A stretch of DNA of 61,015 bases from a virus (IMGVR_UViG_3300023184_000131:1-61015), one strand, 5' to 3'. Shown: positions 50,510 through 60,663, counted from the first letter of the stretch. Notes: generated by a model from the letters alone, not told the origin. A program made the numbers and translations.

Positions 50510-51808
50510 ATGGCAAACATATCAAATGTTAGTGTAAAATCGGGAAATGTTCTTTCTCTAAGTGGCTCTTCTGTTGAAATTACTGGTTCACAAATAAGAA
50601 CAACCGGCGATTTGTTTGTAAACGGAACGGTTTCAGCAAGTATTCTTCATGTAAGCGAAACAATCGTTTCATCTTCAACAATTTATCATAGTGGTTCAAC
50701 AATCTTTGGAGACACCGGTTTCGGTGCTTTTATGGATACTCACCAATTCACAGGTTCAGTCAATATTTCAGGAACAGTTCATTCAATTACTGGTGCCTTA
50801 AATATAGTTGGTAATGTTAGTGGTACAACCTTTACTGGTTCGTTCTCTGGCGATGGTTCTGGATTAACCGGTATAAACTTAAGTGGTTCTGCTGTAACTT
50901 CATTAACAGCAGGAACAAATTTATCAGCTAGTGCATCAACTGGCGCAGTAACTGTTGCTCTTACAAGTTCAATTACTGGTGGATTAACAACACTAACTGG
51001 CGTCACAAATATTGGTGCTACAACCGGCTCATTTAGCGTATTAAGTGCTAGCGCAGCAGAATTTAACGGCAGTGTAGTAATCTATGGCACTGCCAGTTTA
51101 ACTGCAGTACCAGATGCCGCATATGTGCGCTATGAAGCTTCTTCTGGTTCAGTCGTTGATAAAATAGTTATATTCCCAGGTATTTATACAGTTGGTGGTG
51201 TAACTGGTTCTGTATTTAGTGGTAGTGGTGCTGGTATAACTGGCTTAACGGCATCCAACTTTAATAACTTCTCTTCCGATGTTAGAAATCAATTATCAGG
51301 TGGTGGTTCAGTAAGCTATAATCCTGCAACCGGTGTTATTTCTTCATCAGCATTGACCGCTGCTGTAACGCAGATAGATCCTGGCAGCAATATTGGTGTA
51401 TCCGGTGGTTCTGGTCCAATAGCAACCATTTCATTAAGTTCATCTGTTGAAGGTCTAAATAACTTAAGTTCATCGGCAATTACCGGTAGTGATGTATTAG
51501 CTAACAATAGTTTTAAAGCAGCTGGTTCTTTTACGATTGCTCAAATCACTACAACTGGCAGTTATGTTGTTACTGATTTAGATCAAGTTGTATTTGCAGA
51601 TGCTGCTAGTGCATCACTAACAGTGACTGTGCCAACAATTGATGCTGCAAATGCCGGAAGACAATTAGTTGTTAAGAAAATAGATGCAACGGTCAATGCG
51701 GTGACAATATCTGGCTCTATTGATGGTGCTGCTTTTTATCAATTAAATGGTCCATATCAATCCGTAACATTGGTATCTGATGGAAGTACAAATTGGTTTG
51801 TTCTTTGA
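50510..51808 (+). CDS. Tail fibre or appendage protein
   Basis: SGSTIFGD...DTHQFTGS; shares C-terminal module with the 49687 protein. Confidence 0.7.
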   Translation: MANISNVSVKSGNVLSLSGSSVEITGSQIRTTGDLFVNGTVSASILHVSETIVSSSTIYHSGSTIFGDTGFGAFMDTHQFTGSVNISGTVHSITGALNIVGNVSGTTFTGSFSGDGSGLTGINLSGSAVTSLTAGTNLSASASTGAVTVALTSSITGGLTTLTGVTNIGATTGSFSVLSASAAEFNGSVVIYGTASLTAVPDAAYVRYEASSGSVVDKIVIFPGIYTVGGVTGSVFSGSGAGITGLTASNFNNFSSDVRNQLSGGGSVSYNPATGVISSSALTAAVTQIDPGSNIGVSGGSGPIATISLSSSVEGLNNLSSSAITGSDVLANNSFKAAGSFTIAQITTTGSYVVTDLDQVVFADAASASLTVTVPTIDAANAGRQLVVKKIDATVNAVTISGSIDGAAFYQLNGPYQSVTLVSDGSTNWFVL

Positions 51809-51844
51809 TCGCTAATTAATATACAAACATAAATGAGGTGAATT

Positions 51845-54526
51845 GTGGCATATAACAAGAATTTAAACATAGGTCCAAATAACGTAGTCAATATAAGTGG
51901 CTCTCTGATCACACTTACTGGCTCATTGTATGGCTCAGAGGTTTCTGGTACTACGGCACAATTCACCTCATTTACTGCTTCTAATTTCAAAGTAGAAAAC
52001 GATTTATTTGTCAGTGGGGGTTTAACTGTTGGCAAATATATTCAAATGTTGCCGGTTGGAGCAGAAGTGCTTCCAGCAAATACAACGGCGAGTTATATTT
52101 ATACTTCTGGTTCAACAAATGATGTATATTTTACACAATATCAACCAGGAACTGGTTTTAAAAATACAAGTCGTTACCGTTGGTTAGAAGGCGGTTTAAG
52201 CACTGGTCTATTATATGGTGGTACGCTATCAACCGTTACTGGAACAACTACTTTTAATCTGTCCTCTGGTTCAGGATATATCGTCACATTTAATGCTACA
52301 ACCACTTTAGAGCCATATCCTACAATTAAATATGTCAATTGGACTAGTTCAGTTAGTCAATCAATTGGTGCAATTGCAACTTCTCAAATAACTTATATTG
52401 CGATCGATCAAGACGGACAAATATTACAAAATTCTGCTCCTCCTACGGCAGCTCAATTTAAAGATAGAATCTATCTTGGACGCATATTACACCAAACCGG
52501 TTCAATAACAAATGGTACGATTAATACGCCGGTCACTGCATATGCGGTAACAACAAATAATGCAGATTTTATTCGTGCAATTGGTCCTTTGAAGATTAAT
52601 GGACATTATCTCGCTCAGAGCGGCTCAAGTTTATCACTAATAAAGAGCGCCGGTGATTCTTATGTTGAAGGTAGAAATTATAATTCAAATCCAGATATAC
52701 CTAATCTTATAATAGCTGCAGAAGATCCGGCTGTAACCGTATCAAAAATATACCGTCAACATATGAGTGGTGGAAATCCCGTAATTAATACTGGTATTGC
52801 AAACGCCGGTTTTACAACAGTAGATCCAGCAAATTATCAAGATACAAATGGTCTTCTACTACCGGTTGATGGAAATAGTTATACTGTTCAGCGTGTTTAC
52901 TGGTTTCCAAAATCTGTAAATCGTGCTCTTTATGTTTACTATGGTCAAGCAAAATATGCCAGTATGGACGATGCAGTTACTGGTATAAATACAGAAAACT
53001 TCACAGAAGGCGATAATACAAAAGGTTCTTCTATATTGGTTGGCTTTCTTGTTATGAGAGGCACTGTAGCCAATTTTGACACACCAAGTACAGGCAGAAT
53101 ATACCAAGCAGGTGTTCTTAGAGGTGGTGCAGGTAGTGGAGGCGGCGGAGCTGCTGGAACAACATTACCAGCAGGTTTAAATACCCAAGTTCAATTTAAT
53201 GACGTTGGTTCATTTGGTGCTGATAGTGGATTTACTTTCAATAAAACAACTAAAAACTTAACTGTAACTGGAACCGGTAGTTTTGGTTCATTAACAACGA
53301 GCGATGGTATTGTTGCAACAGGCACAGGCAGTTTTGGATCTTTATCAACTAGTGGCAGTGTAACTGCAGCAGGTACCGGCAGTTTTGGCACTTTAACAAC
53401 AAGTGATGGCATAACTGTAACGGGCACAGGTAGCTTCGGCGCTTTAACAACAGCCGGACCATTAACTGCTTCTGCTATTTATGTGTCTGGCGATGTTGGA
53501 ATTGGCACTTTATTACCAAATGCCAAACTTGATGTAAATGGAAATACAATAATATCCGGGAACTTAACTGTTACAGGAATAATATCAGGTTCAAGTTATC
53601 TTGGCGTAAGTGGCAGCGGTGGTAGCACAACTCCCGGCGGAATTAATACGTCTATACAGTTCAATAGTGGAAGCACATTTAGTGGTTCAACAAATTTAAT
53701 TTACGATTATACAACAAATACATTAAGTGGAACAGCCGCACAATTTGTATCAGTAACTGCCTCTTTTAATGGAAACCTTAATGGAAATGTTAATGGAACT
53801 AGTTCATATGCATCAAACGCCGGTCTTTTAAATGGAACAAGTTCGGCTAACTTTGCGTTATTGGCATCCAATAACACATTTTCTGGTATTAACAGCTTTA
53901 CCAGTCAAATCACTGGCACGTCGGCTTATTTTAGCAACGACGTATATATAAATGGAACAGCAAGTATAGGATTTTTGAACACAATAAGTCAATCATCTTT
54001 ATTAATTGGCGACAAATATATCACTATTTTAAGTGGTGCAGCTGACCACGTTTCATTAGATGGTTCTGGTATTTTGTGGGGAAGTGGAAGCTCTGGCCCA
54101 ACAGTTAATGAATTAGGTGCCAATGCTCATCTAAGATATAGAAATAGTTTAGATAAATTAGAAATATTTCCTGGATTATATGTAAGTGGCTCTACTTCAA
54201 TTTCCGAAAATTTAATCGTAACCGGTTCAATCACTGAACTTTCAACGAGAAGAATCAAGACAAATATAAAAAGTTTGAATAACGAACTAATAACAATTTC
54301 TAAATTAAATCCTGTTTCATATACACGCTTAGACGACGGCAGAAAAGAATATGGATTTATTTCAGAAGAAGTCAAAGAAGTTTATCCAGAATTCGTTGTT
54401 GGTGAAGGTATAAGTTATCCAAAAATGGTAAGTATACTTGTTAGTGCTGTTAAAGAATTAACAGATAAAGTTGAAAAACAACAAAACGAAATAGAAATTC
54501 TTAAAAATACAAGAGGTAATCTATAA
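51845..54526 (+). CDS. Long tail fibre with C-terminal intramolecular chaperone (peptidase S74)
   Basis: STRRIKTNI...LNPVSY...GFISEEVKEVYPEFV...YPKMVSILVSAVKEL plus terminal coiled coil. Confidence 0.85.
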   Translation: MAYNKNLNIGPNNVVNISGSLITLTGSLYGSEVSGTTAQFTSFTASNFKVENDLFVSGGLTVGKYIQMLPVGAEVLPANTTASYIYTSGSTNDVYFTQYQPGTGFKNTSRYRWLEGGLSTGLLYGGTLSTVTGTTTFNLSSGSGYIVTFNATTTLEPYPTIKYVNWTSSVSQSIGAIATSQITYIAIDQDGQILQNSAPPTAAQFKDRIYLGRILHQTGSITNGTINTPVTAYAVTTNNADFIRAIGPLKINGHYLAQSGSSLSLIKSAGDSYVEGRNYNSNPDIPNLIIAAEDPAVTVSKIYRQHMSGGNPVINTGIANAGFTTVDPANYQDTNGLLLPVDGNSYTVQRVYWFPKSVNRALYVYYGQAKYASMDDAVTGINTENFTEGDNTKGSSILVGFLVMRGTVANFDTPSTGRIYQAGVLRGGAGSGGGGAAGTTLPAGLNTQVQFNDVGSFGADSGFTFNKTTKNLTVTGTGSFGSLTTSDGIVATGTGSFGSLSTSGSVTAAGTGSFGTLTTSDGITVTGTGSFGALTTAGPLTASAIYVSGDVGIGTLLPNAKLDVNGNTIISGNLTVTGIISGSSYLGVSGSGGSTTPGGINTSIQFNSGSTFSGSTNLIYDYTTNTLSGTAAQFVSVTASFNGNLNGNVNGTSSYASNAGLLNGTSSANFALLASNNTFSGINSFTSQITGTSAYFSNDVYINGTASIGFLNTISQSSLLIGDKYITILSGAADHVSLDGSGILWGSGSSGPTVNELGANAHLRYRNSLDKLEIFPGLYVSGSTSISENLIVTGSITELSTRRIKTNIKSLNNELITISKLNPVSYTRLDDGRKEYGFISEEVKEVYPEFVVGEGISYPKMVSILVSAVKELTDKVEKQQNEIEILKNTRGNL
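53267..53457 (+). repeat. 51-bp (17-aa) tandem repeat x4
   Basis: xGTGSFGxLxTxxx units within the fibre shaft. Confidence 0.8.
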
Positions 54527-55650
54527 TGGCTCAACTACAAAACACCTCAATAACAGGAACATTGATAGCTACATCAATTACTTCATCTTTTAGTGGAAGT
54601 GGAGCAAACCTTACAAATGTAACTGCTAGCAGTATAATTAATTTCGTCATAGATGTTGTTGGCGCCAATGGAAATGCCTACGATATACAACAGTTTACGG
54701 CAACCGGTACTGGTTCTTGGCTTAAACCAACATCATTTGCTCCAAAAATGACAATGATTGTCTGTGTAGGTGCAGGTGGCGGCGGTGGTGGTGGTTGTGC
54801 TGGTGCCTCGGCTACAGCTAGATTTGGTGGCTGTGGTGGCGGCGCCGGTTCAATTAATAGTTTAATACTGCCTTCAAGTCAGCTATCTTCTACAGAATCA
54901 TTATATGTTGGAATTGGCGGTGCTGGTGGTGCCGGTGGTGTCTTACCTAGTCCTGCATCTGGTATCATTGGCGGAAATGGAGAATCTTCTTCTTTTAGTA
55001 CAATTCTTAAAGCCGGTGGCGGCGGCGGCGGTTCTTTTGGTTCTACCAGTTCTGCTGCCGGCGGTGGTGGCGCCGGTATATTTGGTAATGGAGGTGCAGG
55101 AACAGCAACAGTTGGCACTGCAGGTTCACCTGGTCCTATAGCTAGCTCAACAGCACTAGCAGGTAATGGTGGCTCAAGCACTACTTCAGCTACAGCTGGT
55201 TGTGCAGAATTTGGTGGCGGTGCAGGCGGTGGCCACAGTGCTACAGCTACACATGCTGGTGGTTCATCAATATATGGTGGCGGTGGTGGCGGAAATGGCG
55301 GCGGAACACCTTCAAATACAGTAATTCAACCATCAACCGGTGGTTCTTGTGGTTCTTATACTGCAGGCACCGGTGGCGCAGCAGGCTTAACTTCTGGTTC
55401 TCCAACTCCAGGAACCGCCGGTTCTTCAGGTAATAATAAAATTAAATCTCTGGGATTTTGTGGTTCTGGTGGCGGTGGTGGTGGCGGCTTTGTTAATCTT
55501 GCAGTTAATGGAGCAGGACAACCAGGTGGTGCTGGTGGTATACCAGGTGGTGCTGGTGGTGGTGGTGGTAATTCAACTGGAACTGGACCTATTGCTGGTG
55601 CCGGTGGAAATGGTGCCCGTGGAGAAATTTGGGTTATTAGCTGGGCATAA
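54526..55650 (+). CDS. Glycine-rich virion protein (putative adhesin), copy 1
   Basis: VGAGGGGGGG runs; ends GARGEIWVISWA. Confidence 0.7.
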   Translation: MAQLQNTSITGTLIATSITSSFSGSGANLTNVTASSIINFVIDVVGANGNAYDIQQFTATGTGSWLKPTSFAPKMTMIVCVGAGGGGGGGCAGASATARFGGCGGGAGSINSLILPSSQLSSTESLYVGIGGAGGAGGVLPSPASGIIGGNGESSSFSTILKAGGGGGGSFGSTSSAAGGGGAGIFGNGGAGTATVGTAGSPGPIASSTALAGNGGSSTTSATAGCAEFGGGAGGGHSATATHAGGSSIYGGGGGGNGGGTPSNTVIQPSTGGSCGSYTAGTGGAAGLTSGSPTPGTAGSSGNNKIKSLGFCGSGGGGGGGFVNLAVNGAGQPGGAGGIPGGAGGGGGNSTGTGPIAGAGGNGARGEIWVISWA

Positions 55651-55680
55651 AATATTTATATTAATTCTTAAAGGTAAAAA

Positions 55681-56823
55681 ATGGCTCAATTAAAAGACAC
55701 ATCGGTAACCGGTTCAGTAATAGCATCATCTACAACTGCTTCTTTAAGTGGCAATGGTTCTAATTTAACCAACATAACCGCTAGTAATATAACAAATTTT
55801 CTATCAGATTCTATTGCTGCAAACGGTACGGCTTCTGATATACAACAGTTTACAGTAACCGGCTCTGGTATTTGGATTAAACCGACAACATTTACACCAA
55901 AATTTACTATGATAGTTTGTGTTGGCGGTGGAGGTGGTGGTGGATCAGGTCCTGCTCTACTAGTATCAGGCACAGGTAGATGGGGAGGTACCGGCGGCGG
56001 CGGCGGCGCCGTAAACAGTTTAATAATACCCTCTAGTCAATTAGCTGCCACTGAATCATTGTATGTTGGTAAAGGCGGTGCCGGCGGTGCCAGCCGAACA
56101 CCAAGTGCATTAAGTGGCTTTACAGGAAGTGCAGGAGAATCTTCTTCTTTTGGTTCATTAGTTCGTGCTGGTGCTGGTGGAGGAGGGAGAGAGGGTGTCA
56201 ACAGTCAAGCTGCTGGATCCGGTGGTGGTGGTGGAGGAGATTTTGGAAATGGCGCCCAAGGTTCAGCAGTTCTTGCTTCCGGTGGAACACCTGGCAATTC
56301 AAATACTTCAAATACTTCTGTTGGCGGCAATGGAGGTAATGGCCCGATTGCATCTACAATCAGTAGTGGATGTGCTGAATTTGGTGGTGGTAGTGGCGGT
56401 GGCCGCGATATTAATGTTATTAATTTCCCTGCCGGTTCATCAATATACGGTGGCGGTGGCGGTGGTACTAGTGGTCACTTTGTAGCAAATACCTATACTC
56501 AAGCAACTAATGGTGGGACTTGTGGTTCTTATACTGCCGGTGGTGGTGGTATTGCAGGCTCTGGAAGTGTGAACTCTTTCACAGCAGCTGCTAGCGGATC
56601 AAATGGTAATGGAAAAGTAAATTCTATGGGATTTTGTGGTTCTGGTGGAGGTGGTGGTGCCACGACTAGTAATAATGTTAATTTTATTGGTGGTGACGGC
56701 GGTAATGGTGGCACACCCGGCGGCGGCGGTGGAGGTGGTGCACCTTCTTTGGGTACAGGCAATGCATCTGGTGCTGGCGGAAATGGTGGCCGTGGAGAAA
56801 TTTGGGTTATTAGCTGGTCATAG
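55681..56823 (+). CDS. Glycine-rich virion protein (putative adhesin), copy 2
   Basis: Collinear paralog of copy 1; ends GGRGEIWVISWS. Confidence 0.7.
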   Translation: MAQLKDTSVTGSVIASSTTASLSGNGSNLTNITASNITNFLSDSIAANGTASDIQQFTVTGSGIWIKPTTFTPKFTMIVCVGGGGGGGSGPALLVSGTGRWGGTGGGGGAVNSLIIPSSQLAATESLYVGKGGAGGASRTPSALSGFTGSAGESSSFGSLVRAGAGGGGREGVNSQAAGSGGGGGGDFGNGAQGSAVLASGGTPGNSNTSNTSVGGNGGNGPIASTISSGCAEFGGGSGGGRDINVINFPAGSSIYGGGGGGTSGHFVANTYTQATNGGTCGSYTAGGGGIAGSGSVNSFTAAASGSNGNGKVNSMGFCGSGGGGGATTSNNVNFIGGDGGNGGTPGGGGGGGAPSLGTGNASGAGGNGGRGEIWVISWS

Positions 56824-56870
56824 AGAGATTTCACATATAACTTTCTATTTATAAACAGAGGATTTTAAAA

Positions 56871-57272
56871 ATGGTTGATACAATGCATCTACACAGGCCA
56901 GGAATTGGCAACGCAGCTTCTTACCAAGTATCTGGTATTCCATGGGTTTCAAGCTCATTGGCAGTTCCTACAAGTGGTTCAACCCCGCTAGAAATATCTT
57001 TTCCACAAATTTCAAAAAGTATAATTGTTAAAAATGTCAGCACCGGATCTGTATCTATGCGCGTTGGATTTAGTTCAAATGGCGTATCAAATACAAATAA
57101 CTTTTTCTTATTATCTGCCGGTGAAAGCTTCGCTGCAGATTTAAAAGTCACGCGAGTTTACCTGATGAGTAACAATGGCACTGCATTATCAGCAAGTATC
57201 ATAGCAGGCTTAACAAACATAGATGCCCTAGAACTAACAAATAATTGGTCTGGCTCTTTAGGAGTAGGTTGA
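56871..57272 (+). CDS. Small beta-rich virion protein
   Basis: GAGGA SD; GIGNAASYQVSGIPWV. Confidence 0.6.
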   Translation: MVDTMHLHRPGIGNAASYQVSGIPWVSSSLAVPTSGSTPLEISFPQISKSIIVKNVSTGSVSMRVGFSSNGVSNTNNFFLLSAGESFAADLKVTRVYLMSNNGTALSASIIAGLTNIDALELTNNWSGSLGVG

Positions 57273-57273
57273 A

Positions 57274-59088
57274 ATGAGTTTTAATGACGGATTCTCCACA
57301 AAAAGTATTCCAGCTCCATCAACTGCTCCAGTTAGTGGAAATGTTCTTGTTTATGATGGTACAGCATGGGTTGCCGGCACCGGTGGTGGCGGTGGAACAG
57401 GAGATATAACTTCTGTAACAGCCGGAACCAATTTAACCGGCGGTGGAAGCAGTGGAGACGTAACCGTCTCATTAGATACAAATGTAACCGGTCTAACAAA
57501 TCTTCAAGCAACTTCTATAACCGGTTCATCTATTTATGTATCAAATGATCTCTATGTAAACGGAACAGCAAGTATTGCTTTTCTAAATACAATAAGTCAA
57601 TCTTCATTAAAAATTGGCGATAAATATATAACTATATTAAGTGGCGGCACAGACCACGTAAGTTTAGATGGCTCAGGTATATTGTGGGGAAGTGCAAGTT
57701 CTGGTCCGACAATAGACGAGTTGGGCGCGAATGCTCACGTAAGATTTATAAATTTATATGATAAACTTCAAGTATTTCCAGGCTTATATGTAAGTGGAGC
57801 ATTAACTGCTTCTGCTGAAATGTCTGGTACAACAGCTAATTTTAATTCTGTTACTGCTTCATTTAATGGCAATTTGTTTGGCACAGCAAGCTTCGCAACC
57901 AATTCAACATCAGCTAGTTTTGCTACAACATCGGAAACTGCTTCTTATGTGGCAACCGGTTCTGCTATAGTAACATTCACAAATGATGTAAGAGCGCAAT
58001 TTAATGCTGGTGCAAACATAACAATTGTCGGCGGTACAATCACTTCTTTGTCTGGTCCAACAGCTTCTTCAAATGTTTATACAAGAGAGTGGCACGTTTC
58101 AACCGGTAGTGGAAATGACACAACTGGCAACGGAACACTGCTAACACCTTATAGAACATTAACTAAAGCATCTTCTATGTTAACGCCAAGTGGCGGTGAG
58201 CAGATTGTTGTTCATCCTGGTACTTATATAGAAAATGTCACAATAAGCACCCCAAATACTTCTGTTGTTGCTTCAAATGGAACAAATGGTGGAGAAGTGT
58301 ATGTTTCTGGTACAATGTCTATCTCTCAATCATCATCACCAAATAGTTCTATTAGATTGTTTGGTTTGGGTATATACAATCTTTCTCATATCGGTACTAC
58401 TGGCATCGGTAGTTTATATGTTGATACTTGTGATATAAAAAATTCTTTCTCAAAAACAGTTGGTAATTATACTCAACTTACAAATACCGGATTAGCTACA
58501 TCGGTAACAATTACCGGTGGCAATATAACATTATTTAATGCTTGCGTTGTAGACACCAGCACTTTTTCTATAAATAAAAGCGGTGCTGGCCTTGCCGGCG
58601 CAATAGTAACCGTTAAAAATTCATCAAGAACAGTAGAACCAACAGTAGTAGCAGGAACTCTAGCGATATATGATTCAATAATATATTCTAAAACTGTGGG
58701 TGGCAATGCCGTATCTGGCTCGTCAGCTTCTTACGTTGCTATGGTGAATTCAAGTTTTATTGATCTTGCAGGAGCCGTAACAAAAATCACAGCTGCTGGT
58801 ACATATACATATAATAATTGTATCTTTAATAAGCCGACTTCAACACTAGCAACTTCACTAGTTTCAACATTAAACACTGTTGCTAATTTTGAAACAATAA
58901 ATGCAAATGTTATAACCGGATCGATTGTAACAGGCTCAACAGCTTTATTCACCACATTAACTGCTTCAAATATAAGCTATACTGCAGCAGCCCCGACTAA
59001 TTGGTCAGGTTCTGCACCAACAACTATAAAAGATGCTATTGATAGATTGGCAGCAAGATTGTTTGTTATATCTGGCTCAATTCCGTGA
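57274..59088 (+). CDS. Tail fibre or spike with beta-helix-like C-terminal domain
   Basis: Shares modules with other fibres; WHVSTGSGNDTTGNGTLLTPYRT and HPGTYIE beta-helix cap motif. Confidence 0.7.
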   Translation: MSFNDGFSTKSIPAPSTAPVSGNVLVYDGTAWVAGTGGGGGTGDITSVTAGTNLTGGGSSGDVTVSLDTNVTGLTNLQATSITGSSIYVSNDLYVNGTASIAFLNTISQSSLKIGDKYITILSGGTDHVSLDGSGILWGSASSGPTIDELGANAHVRFINLYDKLQVFPGLYVSGALTASAEMSGTTANFNSVTASFNGNLFGTASFATNSTSASFATTSETASYVATGSAIVTFTNDVRAQFNAGANITIVGGTITSLSGPTASSNVYTREWHVSTGSGNDTTGNGTLLTPYRTLTKASSMLTPSGGEQIVVHPGTYIENVTISTPNTSVVASNGTNGGEVYVSGTMSISQSSSPNSSIRLFGLGIYNLSHIGTTGIGSLYVDTCDIKNSFSKTVGNYTQLTNTGLATSVTITGGNITLFNACVVDTSTFSINKSGAGLAGAIVTVKNSSRTVEPTVVAGTLAIYDSIIYSKTVGGNAVSGSSASYVAMVNSSFIDLAGAVTKITAAGTYTYNNCIFNKPTSTLATSLVSTLNTVANFETINANVITGSIVTGSTALFTTLTASNISYTAAAPTNWSGSAPTTIKDAIDRLAARLFVISGSIP

Positions 59089-59100
59089 TATAACACCTAA

Positions 59101-59616
59101 ATGATCTTAGGACTTGACATATCAACTTCATGTACTGGTGTAACTATTTTAGATTACACCGGTCGTGTTGTTTTAAATGATTGCTGGAAATTCAAAGAAG
59201 ACGATGTTATTGATAAGCTTGAACGAGCCAAAAAAGAAATAAAAGAATTAAAAAAGAAATATCCAATAACAGAAGTGTTTGTTGAAGAAAGCTTGCAAGC
59301 ATTTCGTCCTGGATTTTCATCTGCAAAAACAATTCTTTCACTTGCCAAATTTAACGGTATTCTTTGTTGGATGGTTTGGGAAGAATTTGCAATAAAAGTA
59401 AAATATATCGGTTCAACAACCGCAAGAAAGAATTGCGGCATAAAAATAACCAAAGGAACACCAGCCAAACAGCAAGTAATGGAATGGATGTTACAAAATC
59501 AAACTTGGTTTAAAGTTGAATATAAAAAGAATAGCACCAATATAAAAGATCATTATTATGACATGTCTGACAGTTGGGTAATTGCACACGCTGGTTATTT
59601 GCAAACAAAAAATTGA
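59101..59616 (+). CDS. ruvC: RuvC-like Holliday junction resolvase
   Basis: ILGLDISTSCTG, VFVEE, DMSDSWVIA. Confidence 0.82.
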   Translation: MILGLDISTSCTGVTILDYTGRVVLNDCWKFKEDDVIDKLERAKKEIKELKKKYPITEVFVEESLQAFRPGFSSAKTILSLAKFNGILCWMVWEEFAIKVKYIGSTTARKNCGIKITKGTPAKQQVMEWMLQNQTWFKVEYKKNSTNIKDHYYDMSDSWVIAHAGYLQTKN

Positions 59617-59628
59617 AACTAATTATAT

Positions 59629-59650
59629 GTGTCTTGTGAAAACAAGACAC
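59629..59650 (+). other. GNRA-tetraloop hairpin in 5' leader
   Basis: GTGTCTTGT-GAAA-ACAAGACAC. Confidence 0.65.
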
Positions 59651-59682
59651 GATTTTCTTTATTTCCTCTGGAGGGATTTTAA

Positions 59683-60663
59683 ATGTTTTTTTATAAAGAG
59701 TTATCACCATTAGTGATAGCATCAAACGTAGGTTCTCTACAATTTAGTAATATTGCAGTAAATGCAAGTAGTTCAATGACTTTTACTGTATCAGCCGCTT
59801 CTGGCGAAAAAACTGAAACAGTTACTTTATCTGATAACACAAATCAGTTTGAATTTTCACCATCATCCTTCTCGTTAGGAGAAGCTGGAAGTCAAGTTGT
59901 AACGGTTACTTTTAAACCAACTGCATCTGCAACAAAAACTGGTAAAATAACAGTTAATTCATCAGGTGGCAGTACTGTTAATTTAAATCTAACTGGTTCT
60001 GCCACAAATTATAATTTTGTTGCAACAGGATCCGCTGCAGCTGTTAGTATGTATGCAGACCGCGCTCCGGGAAGAAAACCACCTATAGGCGTTGGTTCTT
60101 TCCCGACCGGCAGTACCGGTTGGCTATTCCAGAATACGGCCACGACAGGCGTTTCTTCTTCAATGAATTGGTATTTCTATTCTGATTCTTTGACCAATAG
60201 TGCTTCTCTTGGCTCACTAACCTGTGGATATGCAATTGTCACCATGAATACTCACTCAGCAGTTTCTGCTAGTAATCGTCCTTACTTTACCGTTTATACT
60301 TATCCACAATCAGCAGATTTGGCTGCAGGTAGATGGTATCAAAGTCGTTTGACCTATCAAATGACAGCTTCGGTAACTCCTGGCGTTAAATATTTGATGT
60401 ACTTTGGACAAAACCCAACAGACATCAGTCCAGAACTTCCAAGAATTAACTTGCCATTATACACCGGTACCGGTACAACAACATTTGGTCCAAGAGGCTC
60501 AAGCGAAGTTGTATATACTGCTGCTCTGTTTACCAGTGCAATAGTTAGTACACCAACAATAATGAATGCAAATCTTAATAAATGCGTTATCGTATCAGAA
60601 GGCATGGGTTATCGTACCAGTAATGGTACCGGTAGCTGGCAAGCAGTTACGCTACAGTCCTGA
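59683..60663 (+). CDS. Ig-like (ASH/choice-of-anchor D-like) domain protein, probably virion decoration
   Basis: FSPSSFSL...VTVTFKPT...GKITV...LNLTG; GGAGG SD. Confidence 0.65.
   Translation: MFFYKELSPLVIASNVGSLQFSNIAVNASSSMTFTVSAASGEKTETVTLSDNTNQFEFSPSSFSLGEAGSQVVTVTFKPTASATKTGKITVNSSGGSTVNLNLTGSATNYNFVATGSAAAVSMYADRAPGRKPPIGVGSFPTGSTGWLFQNTATTGVSSSMNWYFYSDSLTNSASLGSLTCGYAIVTMNTHSAVSASNRPYFTVYTYPQSADLAAGRWYQSRLTYQMTASVTPGVKYLMYFGQNPTDISPELPRINLPLYTGTGTTTFGPRGSSEVVYTAALFTSAIVSTPTIMNANLNKCVIVSEGMGYRTSNGTGSWQAVTLQS

Noticed and set aside
55606-56823. Near-identical 3' ends of the Gly-rich paralogs as a DGR template/variable repeat pair
   Set aside because: Differences are mostly not at adenines, both copies are coding, and no reverse transcriptase is in the window.
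1167-60605. Numerous short minus-strand and alternate-frame ORFs in the track
   Set aside because: They lie within longer motif-bearing genes and are shadows of codon bias; only 4274..4984 has recognisable motifs.
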